From Octopus vulgaris (Eukaryota), in the NCBI GenBank assembly GCA_951406725.2, contig OX597841.1:19592001-19656000 (forward strand): 64,000 bases of DNA. The letters run 5' to 3'. The notes below the pieces were generated by a model. That model searched no databases and was not told the DNA's origin. It saw nothing but the letters and a program-made list of their open reading frames with translations. The translations under genes and the position numbers were made by a program. Positions 63,721 through 64,000 of this stretch are shown one piece after another; position 1 is the stretch's first letter; each line of letters starts with the position of its first letter.

Positions 63721-64000
63721 TCAGTTTGAAAATTAGGGACTCCTTCATAGAGTAACTGCTGCATTTGTCAAGTATATGAATAGTTTGGCCGCTTGTTCCT
63801 CTGGGCACCATCAGAATGCTGATGAGAATTCAATAATGCTTGAAAATCAATTAAGGTTGTTTATTGTTTTTTCAGTATGTAAAGAAATGGCTAAAATTTG
63901 CTCTGTTTATAATTATACCATATGTTACACACACACACACACACACACACACTATGTATATCATCACCAAAACTATTACTCAGAGCTTCATGTTGCAGTT

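Overview
Eukaryotic, AT- and microsatellite-rich DNA, most likely from an octopus (inferred from the SINE/LINE families, not proven). One protein-coding gene is supported: an FBXO25/FBXO32 (atrogin-1/MAFbx family) F-box gene on the minus strand. Seven GT-AG exons (33180-33081, 31048-30956, 30015-29922, 24968-24799, 17388-17129, 6891-6819, 4793-4701) splice in frame to 293 codons plus a stop. The ATG-bearing first coding exon was not found. The rest is largely repeats: at least three tRNA-type SINE families, RTE, R4/Dong-like and R2-like LINE remnants, two mariner fossils, Helitron/Helentron-like and MITE elements, and several minisatellites. The most notable unannotated signal is about 10 minimal type-I hammerhead-ribozyme folds in Penelope/retrozyme-like repeats. 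They include a tRNA-promoter plus hammerhead element with an inverted duplication (33.76-34.58 kb), an intact-core copy in the pre-mRNA sense (28.3 kb) and a 264-nt tandem pair (48 kb). Also of interest: a CpG-rich promoter-like island with NRF-1-type and FOXO-type motifs at 51.6-52.1 kb, and a TGTGAC/GTCACA-dense field just downstream of the stop codon. All folds, splice sites and coordinates were read by eye.
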